Shown: positions 31,465 to 41,543 of the stretch, one piece after another
Numbering within the stretch: position 1 is the stretch's first letter
Layout: every line of letters begins with the position of its first letter
Source of the DNA: Gammaproteobacteria bacterium
GTDB lineage: Bacteria; Pseudomonadota; Gammaproteobacteria; Eutrophobiales; Eutrophobiaceae
Assembly: GCA_965238225.1 (NCBI GenBank)
Contig: OZ250183.1
Span: 192,001 to 256,000, forward strand
Reading direction: 5' to 3'
DNA length: 64,000 nucleotides
Translations under genes and position numbers: made by a program
Notes under the pieces: model-generated
What the model was told of the DNA's origin: nothing
The model's input: the letters and a program-made list of their open reading frames with translations, nothing else
The model's database searches: none

Positions 31465-32872
31465 GGTTAAATCCTGCTGCTGTCTGTCTGTGTGCATCAT
31501 CCCGTAGCTGTGGATCAAGCACCGCCACGGTTAATCTATCTTTCTGTAAATATTTTTTTGCAACTGCCTGAATCTGTTTTGCAGTAACCGCCTGAATAGA
31601 TGCGACATATTTATCTGCTTCTTTCCAGGAAAGCCCAACGGTTTCAAGCGTGCCCAGTATCATTGCTTGATAAAAAACGGAATCACGCTCATAGACATCG
31701 CTGGAAACAACCTGAGCCTTAATGCGTTGCAGCTCACTGTCACCGACCAGACTACTTTTCAGCATTTCAATTTCTTCATTCACTGCGGCTTCAAGTTGAG
31801 CTACGGTATGATTTCCAGCAGGCGTTCCGCTGATTGTAAACAGGCGATCAAGTCGTGCAAAAAAATTGTATGATGCGCCCACTGAGCTTGCGATCTCTTT
31901 ACCACGAACCAAATTACTGGAGAACCGCGAGCTGTTGCTGCTGCTCAAAATGCCAGCCAATACTTCCAACGCATAAAGTTCCCATTTAGACACTGACTCA
32001 GGCTGATCGATCGCCGTTTTTAATACTGGAACTTTATAAGCCATCAATAAATAAGGTAATTCTGCGGGTCTTTTTACAATGACACGCTTCATCCCATTTT
32101 GAATGACTTCTGGACGGCGCGCTGCTGTAGGCGGTTTGCCAGCTGGCAATGACCCAAAATATTTTTTTGCTAACTGATAAACTTCTTCTGCGTTAATATC
32201 ACCAGACACCACCAGCGTTGCATTATTTGGCGTGTACCACTTTTGATACCAATCGCGAAGGTGCGCAACCGTCATATTATCCAGATCATGCATCCAACCG
32301 ATGATTGGGTGTCGGTAAGGGCTCGTTTGAAAGGCAGTGGATAGAGCAACTTCGTAAGTATATGACTGAGGATTATCCTCAGTTCGCCAACGCCTCTCTT
32401 CCTTGACCACTTCAATCTCCTTACGAAACTCTTCTTCCAAAATAATAAGATGGCGCATACGGTCTGCTTCCAATTCCATGCTGACAGATAAGCGAGAACT
32501 TTCCAGTGTTTGAAAATATGCCGTATAGTCTGCCCCGGTAAAGGCATTTTCACGCCCGCCATTTTCTGAAATGATGCGCGAGAATTCTCCCGCAGCATGT
32601 TTCTTAGTGCCTTTAAACATCATGTGTTCAAGCACATGGGATATACCTGTAATCCCCTCGCGCTCATAGCTCGAGCCGACCTTATACCAGACCTGAGACA
32701 CCACAACGGGCGCACGATGATCCTCCTTAACGAGAATTTTAAGCCCATTATCGAGTTCATATTCTGCGACATTGGCAAATACCGCAGATGTAAGCAAGGC
32801 TAAGAAAAAGCAAGCCTGCGTTCGTCTTGATAATTTATTAAATAAAAATCTATCTTGTAAAAATAACTTCAC
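31454..32872 (-). CDS. M16 family zinc peptidase, catalytic subunit
   Basis: LDNGL, WYKVGS, HVLEHMMFKGT (HxxEH), NAFT, EADRM. Confidence 0.92.
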   Translation of the reverse strand: MKLFLQDRFLFNKLSRRTQACFFLALLTSAVFANVAEYELDNGLKILVKEDHRAPVVVSQVWYKVGSSYEREGITGISHVLEHMMFKGTKKHAAGEFSRIISENGGRENAFTGADYTAYFQTLESSRLSVSMELEADRMRHLIILEEEFRKEIEVVKEERRWRTEDNPQSYTYEVALSTAFQTSPYRHPIIGWMHDLDNMTVAHLRDWYQKWYTPNNATLVVSGDINAEEVYQLAKKYFGSLPAGKPPTAARRPEVIQNGMKRVIVKRPAELPYLLMAYKVPVLKTAIDQPESVSKWELYALEVLAGILSSSNSSRFSSNLVRGKEIASSVGASYNFFARLDRLFTISGTPAGNHTVAQLEAAVNEEIEMLKSSLVGDSELQRIKAQVVSSDVYERDSVFYQAMILGTLETVGLSWKEADKYVASIQAVTAKQIQAVAKKYLQKDRLTVAVLDPQLRDDAHRQTAAGFNHGR

Positions 32873-35121
32873 ACACTCATTCCTCCATGAAAGATCATTC
32901 TTTTTTGTCTTTTCAAAATTAAGAGTTTATTGATTTTTATGCGGGCTTGGACTTTTTCTTTGGCATATGTATGCCCTATCATCATATCATAATGTTTTTC
33001 ATAATCAGACTTAACAAAAACCTCTTTAAAAGCATTTTTAAAAAGTGTAGCATCAATTTCCTTATAATCTTCAATGTTGACATAAGTCTTTATGAGATTC
33101 TCTGTCCATGAACCTTTTAAATGAATCAAATTGTATTACACATTTAGCCCAATAGCTTATTAAGTTTATTGTTTTCAATAAATCCAAAAAAATGTTCCAA
33201 TATATTACGCATACTATTGGCTAATAATCCATCACTAGCTTTGCCATTATTATGATCTTTAATCACTTGCCAATACTGGAATAAGCTTGATAATCATTTT
33301 TTATATCGTCTTTATCCATTTCGTCTATTTGAGTTCCTGTATTTGATTTCGTAAGTCTAAAAAGTTTTTATATTTTCTTTATTTCTAATTAATTCATGGA
33401 AAAAATACAAACTATGTGTTAATACAAAAACCTGTTTATTTTTATTAAAAAAATATTTTTTTATCAACATACTAATATTAAAAATATAAGTGTGAGATAA
33501 GCTGGATATTGGGTCATCAATCACTATGATTTTATCTTCTTTTGTCAAAACCTCTTGTTCGTTTTCTTTGCCTTTGCATAATTCCATAAAATAAAGAAAG
33601 CTGATAATCATTTTTTCACCTTCACTCAAGGTTACTAAAATTATCGTTTTCTTGTTCACTTCTAACAATCTTATAATAATTTATTTTCATATTTTTTTAT
33701 ACAAAAGCCTTCAATACCCAAGTCATTTAATCCAGTATTTATATTATCGATAGCCTCATCAATATTAATTGTTTTTTCTTGTTGTGCAGAAATATGCTCT
33801 TTTTGTGTGTCTATATCTTTAGAGCATTGTGTAATTTTATCTTCAATACTTTTAATATCACTCTCTAATCGTTTTTTATCTTCGAAGTACTGTTCAATTT
33901 TAGCGTCATAATCCAAGCGCATAATTTGCCAAAAATTAGTTTTTATATTTTCTTTTGTTCTTTCTTTGTTATCTATTTTTTTGTTGTATTCAGTAATTTT
34001 ATTATTAACGTCCGCAATAAAATTATTTAGACTGTTTATTGATTCTTTGGTATTTGATAATTTTATTATTTCACTAGGATTGTTTAATTTATTCTCTATT
34101 TCCCTCTTATTGTCTTTTATTATTTGCTTTGACTTATTGTATAAATTTATAAATTTATCAATATCCTTTTTCACAAAATCATTATTTTCATATTGTGTTA
34201 TTTCTGGTAATTGAATAATGTTATATAGTTCCTGCAACTCCTTAATCTGTTCAATTTTTCTATCATAAGTTTCATCAAAAAAATTTTTAATATTTGTTGC
34301 AATTTGCTGGGTAATGGTTTTTTCCTGACAGAATGGGCATTGTTCTGAATCACCTTTAGGCAAATATTCTAATCCCTTTTTAACCCAATCACTATTCTTA
34401 AGTTCGTTGATCAATGTAACAACTGGGCTACTTTGATCCCCAATGATTTTCTCTGAAAAGAGACTATTATTTTCAATATTATTTATGTCAATATTGACTT
34501 TAGGCAAATCTTTATTTTTTGAGCTTCATCACTAATAGTTTTTGCCTCTTCTTTTAAGCCCTCTATTGTTTTCTCGGGCTTGCTATTGGGTCTTGTAATA
34601 TTGATTATATATTCAAATAAATTATTTTTATCTCCCTTTAATCCCTCCAAACAAAACTCTAAAACCCTGTCGCCGCCTGTATATTGTTCTTTAATATCCC
34701 ATAGACTATTTTTTACTTTCAAAGATTCTTTTTGTAAGCTTTCTTCTTTTTGTGCTGAATTCTGCGTTTCTATTTCTTTTTGTTTTGTAAATTGTTCTAT
34801 TTTCTTGTGAGCTTCATCTATTGCCTGATTTGCTTGTTTATTTTCTTCAGATAGGGTAAAAACGCCTTTTACCTTATCATCGTCGTAAAACTCATCATGG
34901 ATAAAATCTTGGTTATAAACCAATAATTTTTCATTGTTAACTCCCTCTAATTCGCATTCAGAAAAATCTGAATTAGAATTATTATTTTTATATAAATAAT
35001 TAGATATAATTGTTTTGCCAGTGCCATTTAGGCCATAAATTAAATTAACTTCTTTGTCTGATTCAATAACAACAGGATTTTTATAACTGGCAACACCTTT
35101 CAAGGTTATTTTCATCATCAA
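32869..35121 (-). pseudogene. multiply frameshifted RloC-like (AAA_13) ABC-ATPase / zinc-hook / HEPN gene
   Basis: Consecutive fragments give Walker A IYGLNGTGKT, YNQDFI, CPFC hook, LSEGEK, IVIDDPISSL, VLTHS, NSMRNILEHFF, RFMDRESH (33092..33115) and a C-terminal YEKHYDMM; very low GC. Confidence 0.8.
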
Positions 35122-35257
35122 TTTAGCCTTAATTTTTTGCTCGTGTGAGGTAATAAGTTTTTTGTGTTCTATGATAGCTTTTTAGTGATTCAACTATAGT
35201 TAATGATAGAATAAATCAGTTGATGACAGGATTATACACAATATAATATTTAAATTA

Positions 35258-36229
35258 ATGTTTGGATTTAAGAAATCAAAAGCACCAAAACAACAAGCTG
35301 CCTGCCGCCCAAATTTCTTGGGCAAACTAAAGGCAAGCTTAAGCAAGACGCAGTCAAATATATTCGGCGGGTTTGAAGATTTACTGCAAGGCAAAAAAAA
35401 TATTGATGCCCACTTTTTAGATGATTTAGAAGAAAGATTGCTTGTTGCAGATCTGGGCATTCGTGCAAGTACGGAGATTATTGATACACTGCATGCTGCG
35501 GTCAAACATAATAAAATTAACAACCACGATGAGTTAAAACAACAATTAAGTGTTGTTATGAATAACATCCTTGAGCCTGCGCAAAAACCATTAACCATCC
35601 CTATTAATAAACCGAAGCCATTTGTGATTCTTCTAACTGGCGTAAACGGCGCAGGCAAAACTACCACAGCCGGCAAACTTACCAAACATTTTATCAATCA
35701 AGATCATAGTGTCATGCTTGCAGCAGCCGACACCTTTCGAGCAGCAGCAATTGAGCAGCTACAAATCTGGGGGGAAAGGAATAATGTCTCGGTGGTAGCG
35801 CAACATAAAGGAGCAGATTCTGCTGCGGTTATTTTTGATGCCTTGCAGTCGGCCAAGGCAAAAAATATCGATATACTAATTGCTGATACTGCGGGCAGAC
35901 TTCACACTCAAGGCAATCTAATGGACGAGCTTAAAAAAATTCATCGTGCTATTGGCAAGTTTAATGATGGTTTGATGGTTGAAAATATTCTTGTATTAGA
36001 TGCCGCGACTGGTCAAAATGCACTCTCCCAAACAAAACTTTTTAACGAAGCTATCGGTATTAATGGAATTATTTTGACGAAACTTGATGGCACAGCAAAA
36101 GGCGGTGTAATCTTCGCTCTGGCTCTTGATACCGAAATCCCTATTCGCTTCATCGGCGTTGGTGAACAAATAGATGACTTGAATATTTTTAACAGCACTG
36201 CCTTTGTTAAGGCTTTACTTGAATATTAA
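35258..36229 (+). CDS. ftsY: SRP receptor FtsY (short, no acidic domain)
   Basis: GVNGAGKTTT, DTFRAAA, DTAGR, TKLDGTAKGG. Confidence 0.97.
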   Translation: MFGFKKSKAPKQQAACRPNFLGKLKASLSKTQSNIFGGFEDLLQGKKNIDAHFLDDLEERLLVADLGIRASTEIIDTLHAAVKHNKINNHDELKQQLSVVMNNILEPAQKPLTIPINKPKPFVILLTGVNGAGKTTTAGKLTKHFINQDHSVMLAAADTFRAAAIEQLQIWGERNNVSVVAQHKGADSAAVIFDALQSAKAKNIDILIADTAGRLHTQGNLMDELKKIHRAIGKFNDGLMVENILVLDAATGQNALSQTKLFNEAIGINGIILTKLDGTAKGGVIFALALDTEIPIRFIGVGEQIDDLNIFNSTAFVKALLEY

Positions 36230-36231
36230 CA

Positions 36232-36921
36232 ATGATTCGCTTTAACAAAGTTCATATGCAATATCAGACCGGACAACTGGCGCTGAAGAATATTAATATG
36301 CACATTGAACAAGGTACGATGACTTTTGTTGTGGGCAGATCTGGTGCAGGCAAAAGCTCGCTTTTAAGGCTAATCGCTTTAATAGAAAGGCATAGCCATG
36401 GTCAAATTGTGATAAACGGTCAAAACCTTGAGCGTGTTAGAAACAATCGCATCCCTTACTACAGACGAAACATCGGTTTTGTTTTTCAAGATCATCATCT
36501 ACTAAATGATCGCAGCGTTTTTGATAATGTTGCTTTACCTCTCATCATTGCCGGACATAAACACAAAGAAATACGCAAACGTGTCAGCGCTGCTTTAGAC
36601 AAAGTTGGTTTGCTTAAAAAATACAATGTAAACCCAATGACCTTATCAGGGGGGGAAAAACAAAGAGTAGGTATTGCTCGTGCGGTTGTACACCGACCGT
36701 TACTACTTCTTGCTGATGAACCGACAGGCAATCTGGATCCGGCGTTATCTCTGGATACGATGAAGCTCTTTGAACAATTTAACCAGATTGGGACGACGGT
36801 ACTTATCGCCAGCCATGATATGGAGATGGTCAAAAAAATGCACAAAAGAATTATCACTTTGCGTGAAGGCAGAATCCCCACTAATTTTAATAAGGGTTCA
36901 GTTAATCAAAATGCGAACTAG
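36232..36921 (+). CDS. ftsE: cell division ATP-binding protein FtsE
   Basis: GRSGAGKS, VFQD, LSGGEKQRV, ADEPTGNLD; ftsYEX synteny. Confidence 0.96.
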   Translation: MIRFNKVHMQYQTGQLALKNINMHIEQGTMTFVVGRSGAGKSSLLRLIALIERHSHGQIVINGQNLERVRNNRIPYYRRNIGFVFQDHHLLNDRSVFDNVALPLIIAGHKHKEIRKRVSAALDKVGLLKKYNVNPMTLSGGEKQRVGIARAVVHRPLLLLADEPTGNLDPALSLDTMKLFEQFNQIGTTVLIASHDMEMVKKMHKRIITLREGRIPTNFNKGSVNQNAN

Positions 36922-36941
36922 CCAATGATGCAACATCTGCA

Positions 36942-37889
36942 ATGAGAGCCAAACCTAAAAACAAACCAAGCGACTTATTTAAGGCATGGCTACTGTCGCA
37001 TGCACAGTCCTTTATATACAGCTTGGGGCAGTATTACAAAAATCTGCCCAGCAATATATTAACGACAGCCGTGATAGGTGCATCGTTAGCCTTGCCTAGT
37101 GGTTTTTATTTAATATTGGAAAACGTACAAAAAGTCACTGCGAATTGGGACGAAGCGATCCAAATAACCGCTTTTTTAAAGCCTGATATTGATGCCAGTG
37201 CAGCACAAAAGCTTGCTACTCGTCTTTTGGATAACCCAAACATTGAAACGGCTAAATTAATTAACCGCGATAAAGCTCTGGCTGAATACAAAGAATTATT
37301 CAGCTTTACTGAAGCTATCGATCTTCTTGATGAAAACCCGCTGCCCTATATCATCATTATATTTCCGAAGACTGATGCGCTTGCTGAAGGAGCGGATCGT
37401 CGCATTGTTCAATTTATATCCGATCAAGCTGAGGTTGATGTTGCACAATATGATCAGCAATGGGTCAAACGCCTGTACAGCATCATTGAAATTATTCAAC
37501 GCTTTATTATTATTTTTTCAGTATTTATTGGTTTCGGTGTTTTACTCATTATTGGCAATACTATTCGCATGGCGATTTACTATCATCGCGATGAAATTGA
37601 AATCACCAAGCTTTTTGGTGCAACAAATGCCTTTATTCAAAGGCCTTTTCTATATACAGGCTTCTGGCACGGACTAAGCGGCGGGATTGCTGCATGGCTT
37701 TTACTGACCCTTACCCTACAACTCCTCAAAGAGCCAACAAGGCAGCTTGCCGAGTTATATGCCAGCGAATTTAGCTTGGGCAATTTGGCGCTTATAGAGG
37801 TTCTAATTATGCTCTCCTGTGGCATCTTTCTGGGTATTTTTGGGTCATGGGTTTCGGTTCAACGTCATCTAAAAACCATAGAGCCATAA
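36942..37889 (+). CDS. ftsX: cell division permease FtsX
   Basis: ENPLP, IIGNTIR, EIEITKLFGAT..FIQRPFLY. Confidence 0.95.
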   Translation: MRAKPKNKPSDLFKAWLLSHAQSFIYSLGQYYKNLPSNILTTAVIGASLALPSGFYLILENVQKVTANWDEAIQITAFLKPDIDASAAQKLATRLLDNPNIETAKLINRDKALAEYKELFSFTEAIDLLDENPLPYIIIIFPKTDALAEGADRRIVQFISDQAEVDVAQYDQQWVKRLYSIIEIIQRFIIIFSVFIGFGVLLIIGNTIRMAIYYHRDEIEITKLFGATNAFIQRPFLYTGFWHGLSGGIAAWLLLTLTLQLLKEPTRQLAELYASEFSLGNLALIEVLIMLSCGIFLGIFGSWVSVQRHLKTIEP

Positions 37890-37963
37890 TAATATATCTT
37901 ATAAATCAATAAATTAAATAAACTCTGCTTGGTTTTTACGTAAACTTAGGAACTTTTATACCA

Positions 37964-37990
37964 TTAGCACTCTCATATTTAGAGTGCTAA
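37964..37990. promoter_or_regulatory. CIRCE element (HrcA operator) upstream of rpoH
   Basis: Perfect TTAGCACTC-N9-GAGTGCTAA. Confidence 0.9.
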
Positions 37991-38029
37991 AATGAACTTG
38001 TAACAATATTAGAGAGGGTTAGTCATACG

Positions 38030-38878
38030 ATGAACAATACCATGGTCATGCCAATGACATTGGCAACTGGATCGCTGAAAAGCTATTTTCAGGGCATAAA
38101 AAAAATCCCGATACTCAGCGCAGAGGAAGAACGCTTATTAGCAAAACGCTACAGAGAGGAGGGCGATCTTGATGCTGCGCGCCAACTAGTTATGTCTCAT
38201 CTCCGTTTTGTGGTAAAAGTCGCAAGAGGCTACAGTGGTTATGGCTTACCACAGGCCGATCTTGTTCAAGAAGGTAGCGTTGGCTTAATGAAAGCCGTTA
38301 GGCGTTTTGATCCAAATGTTGGCGTTCGTCTTATTTCATTTGCAGTCTACTGGATTCGTTCCGAGATGCATGAATACATTTTACGCAACTGGAGGATTGT
38401 CAAGATCGCAACAACAAAAGCGCAAAGAAAACTTTTCTTTAACTTGCGCTCATCTAAAAAACGATTGGCATGGTTAAACAAAGAAGAGGTTGATTCCGTG
38501 GCAAAAGATCTTGGTGTCAAACCACAAGAAGTTATCAAAATGGAAGAAAGATTAAGCAATTACGATACATCCTTTGATGCACCCATTGCAGATAATGCTG
38601 CTACATCACTTAGCCCCGCATCTTATCTCGAAGATAAAAGACAAAATCCGGAAAAAGAGCTTGAAGCAACACAGACAGAACAACTTAAGCTTGAAGCATT
38701 AAACGAAGCCATGGATAAACTTGATGAACGCAGCAAAGATATTGTCAATAAACGTTGGTTAAACGGAAAGAAAGAAACGCTGCACAAACTGGCTGACACG
38801 TATGGAGTTTCAGCAGAAAGAATAAGACAGCTTGAGAAATCGGCATTTAACAAAATTGCTGAGTTTATGGTCACATAA
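38030..38878 (+). CDS. rpoH: heat-shock sigma factor sigma32
   Basis: RpoH box QRKLFFNLR; ftsX-rpoH synteny. Confidence 0.97.
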   Translation: MNNTMVMPMTLATGSLKSYFQGIKKIPILSAEEERLLAKRYREEGDLDAARQLVMSHLRFVVKVARGYSGYGLPQADLVQEGSVGLMKAVRRFDPNVGVRLISFAVYWIRSEMHEYILRNWRIVKIATTKAQRKLFFNLRSSKKRLAWLNKEEVDSVAKDLGVKPQEVIKMEERLSNYDTSFDAPIADNAATSLSPASYLEDKRQNPEKELEATQTEQLKLEALNEAMDKLDERSKDIVNKRWLNGKKETLHKLADTYGVSAERIRQLEKSAFNKIAEFMVT

Positions 38879-39003
38879 GCCAAGCTTTCTATTTTCTTTA
38901 TTTAAAAGTATATACATTACAGACAGCGCTTTGAAATAAACTTAATTTATTGCTCCATAATTTATTCTTTCACAATTAACTTTTTTCCCAAAGTTAAACT
39001 GAT

Positions 39004-39621
39004 TTAATTAATGATCTTTATATAATCAGACGCTATCTGATTAATATCGTGCGGGGAAGAAAACAACGCTTTAAGTCTGGCCTTTGAATCTATTAATAAT
39101 ATCCTTGCGCTATGGAAGACCTCGTCATTATTACGCCCATCACCCTCTTTACCGAAAGCAATCCCCAAAGGCATGGTTAAGTTCTGTAACTGCTGCAAAC
39201 TTCCTCTTACACCAACAAATTCAGAATTAAAATAGGTCACATAATTAGCCAGCAGTTCTTTAGTATCTCTTTCTGGATCAACGGAAATGAAAATTATTTT
39301 TGGCAAGGCTACGTCTGGTGTTTTCTTTAATATCTCATCGACTTCATTAAGCAAAACTAATGTTGTCGGACAAATATCAGGACAATGCGTATAGCCGAAA
39401 AAAACAAAAGACCATTGGCCAAACAAGCTTTCATTGGTAAACGCTTTGCCGAGATGATCTTCCAATGCAAACTGAGGCAAAGATTTAGCCTCAGATAAAA
39501 CGGTGGCGTGAACATTCTCAAGAATATCTTGTTTCTCGTTAATGTATATAGAAAATATAAGCCCAAGCGACAGCGGGACGATAACAAATAAAGCCCATGG
39601 TAGGATTTTCTTGATATTCAT
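39004..39621 (-). CDS. SCO1/SenC copper chaperone
   Basis: FFGYTHCPDICP, SVDPERD, HSA. Confidence 0.92.
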   Translation of the reverse strand: MNIKKILPWALFVIVPLSLGLIFSIYINEKQDILENVHATVLSEAKSLPQFALEDHLGKAFTNESLFGQWSFVFFGYTHCPDICPTTLVLLNEVDEILKKTPDVALPKIIFISVDPERDTKELLANYVTYFNSEFVGVRGSLQQLQNLTMPLGIAFGKEGDGRNNDEVFHSARILLIDSKARLKALFSSPHDINQIASDYIKIIN

Positions 39622-39630
39622 TACGATAAA

Positions 39631-40539
39631 TTAAAGGAAGAAGTGCCGGATAAAAATACGAGCATAATGATCAAGCAGCAAGAAACCAAACAGTACGCTT
39701 AAATAGAAAATAGAAAACCCGAAAGTTTTCATTGCATGATCGTCTGTTTCTGATTGATATAAAATAAGCGCCTGCCATATGAAGCCCAAGCCAAGCGCGA
39801 TGGCACCAGCTAAGTAAATGATTCCACTCATGCGGGTAATAAATGGCAACAAACTAACCGCTAAAAGCAATAATGTGTACAGAAGAATTTGGAGTTTGGT
39901 AAAAGAAACGCCATGCGTCACAGGCAGCATCGGAACACCTGCGCTGGCATATTCTTCGCGCCGATAAATTGCCAAAGCCCAAAAATGTGGTGGTGTCCAG
40001 ATAAATATTATCAAAAATAACAGCAGGGCATCTGAGCTCACTTCCCCGGTCATCGCAACCCAACCAAGCAAAGGTGGCGCAGCACCTGCGGCGCCCCCCA
40101 ATACAATATTCTGAGGTGTTGCAGGTTTAAGAAACATGGTGTAAATAACGGCATAACCAATCAAGGAAATAAATGTCAACAAAGCGGTTAACATATTTAC
40201 TTTATAAACCAGAATTACCATGGAAATGACACACAAAGCTAAGGCAAATATAAAAGCATTCTTTGTATTCAAATCGCCCTGAGGTAAAGGTCGGTTTCTG
40301 GTTCGCGCCATAATGGCATCTATACGCTGCTCCACTAACTGGTTGATAACAGCGCCTGATGCAGCAGCGAGGCCGATGCCAAATATTGCAAAAATTACCT
40401 TGTTAAGTGGCAGTACGCCAGGGACGGCAAGCAACATACCAACAATAGCAGTAAATATAATCAGCATAAGCACCTTGGGCTTGCAAAGTACGTAATACTC
40501 GCGCCATTTTGGTGCTTGTTTAATAATTTCTGCTAACAT
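39631..40539 (-). CDS. ctaB: protoheme IX farnesyltransferase (heme O synthase)
   Basis: DAIMARTRNRPL, TPQNIVLGG, WTPPHFWAL. Confidence 0.95.
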   Translation of the reverse strand: MLAEIIKQAPKWREYYVLCKPKVLMLIIFTAIVGMLLAVPGVLPLNKVIFAIFGIGLAAASGAVINQLVEQRIDAIMARTRNRPLPQGDLNTKNAFIFALALCVISMVILVYKVNMLTALLTFISLIGYAVIYTMFLKPATPQNIVLGGAAGAAPPLLGWVAMTGEVSSDALLLFLIIFIWTPPHFWALAIYRREEYASAGVPMLPVTHGVSFTKLQILLYTLLLLAVSLLPFITRMSGIIYLAGAIALGLGFIWQALILYQSETDDHAMKTFGFSIFYLSVLFGFLLLDHYARIFIRHFFL

Positions 40540-40596
40540 TTGACCAGTATATTTCTACAGCGGATATTAATGTTTTTCAGTCATTTTCTTGAAAAA

Positions 40597-41208
40597 TCAG
40601 CCTGATATTCTCAATAAGCGTGACAGATCATGAATAATTCCTGCTGGATCAGTATCACCTGAATAGCGCATCATCAAAAAGCCTCTGGCATCAATCAAAA
40701 ATATCGCAGACTTATCCTGTAAACCTAATTCTTGAAATTGGCGTAGAAAATATTTGTCAAGGGAGACCTTTGAAGCATAAAGCTGACCAGGGAATTTTTT
40801 ACTAAAGCTATCGTAAATCCCAAGCTCTTTGTCCTTATCAATAATGGCGACGCGCTGTATTCGCTGCATTTGTCTGCCTGTTGCTAACCTTATCTGCCGC
40901 AGACGATAGAGATTCTCTTCACACGCTACTGCACAAAATCCGTCGACAAAAAACAACATAGACCACTTTCCATGCAAAGAAACCTGTTCGGTTGAATGTT
41001 CGTTCACACGCAGTAATGAGATGTTTTCAAGCTGTCTGGGTGGGTCAATTAAAAATCCATGCTCGGCACCGCCGCCAGAACGAGCATAGTCTGTAAAGAA
41101 AACCAGATACCATGAAAAAGCAACGGGCAAAAAGAACATCAGAACAAGAAGAATTAACTTAGTCCTACTTCTGCCTTTAGCTATTGGGCGATTTATTGAG
41201 TCCGACAT
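40597..41208 (-). CDS. cox-cluster membrane-anchored SCO-like hypothetical protein
   Basis: N-terminal TM, C-x3-C (CAVAC), LIDARGFLMMRY, DLSRLL; usual position after SURF1. Confidence 0.75.
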   Translation of the reverse strand: MSDSINRPIAKGRSRTKLILLVLMFFLPVAFSWYLVFFTDYARSGGGAEHGFLIDPPRQLENISLLRVNEHSTEQVSLHGKWSMLFFVDGFCAVACEENLYRLRQIRLATGRQMQRIQRVAIIDKDKELGIYDSFSKKFPGQLYASKVSLDKYFLRQFQELGLQDKSAIFLIDARGFLMMRYSGDTDPAGIIHDLSRLLRISG

Positions 41209-41543
41209 AAAAAACTAGAGGCTATCCTAGATAAAAAGTGTTTGATAAGTTTATATTGTTTAAGCCTGCTTAACCTGCTCTATTACTATCTTGTCCTCAA
41301 GGATGCATTTTAGGCATTATCTGGGATAGTCCTAAGCTTATTTTTTTGCTTATTTTTTTTGATTTCATTTCTTGTTTGCTTTTCTTGAGTATCTCTATTG
41401 CCTTACTAAATCTGCTACCTGTTCTATTTGAGAAACAGTTATGTCCCTAGCAATATGGGTTCTATACTCTTTTCCGACTGCAAAATCATTCGCCCCTGCA
41501 ATATTGAAAAATATATGTGCCATAACCAAACAATAAATATAAA

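Noticed and set aside
32869-33129. 86-aa ORF as an independent gene
   Set aside because: Its middle matches the expected C-terminus of the fragmented RloC-like gene
35258-36229. FtsY lacking the acidic N-terminal domain
   Set aside because: Short NG-only FtsY is common in bacteria
37904-37916. IHF-like AATCAATAAATTA between ftsX and rpoH
   Set aside because: Matches consensus but such matches are common in AT-rich intergenic DNA; no supporting context
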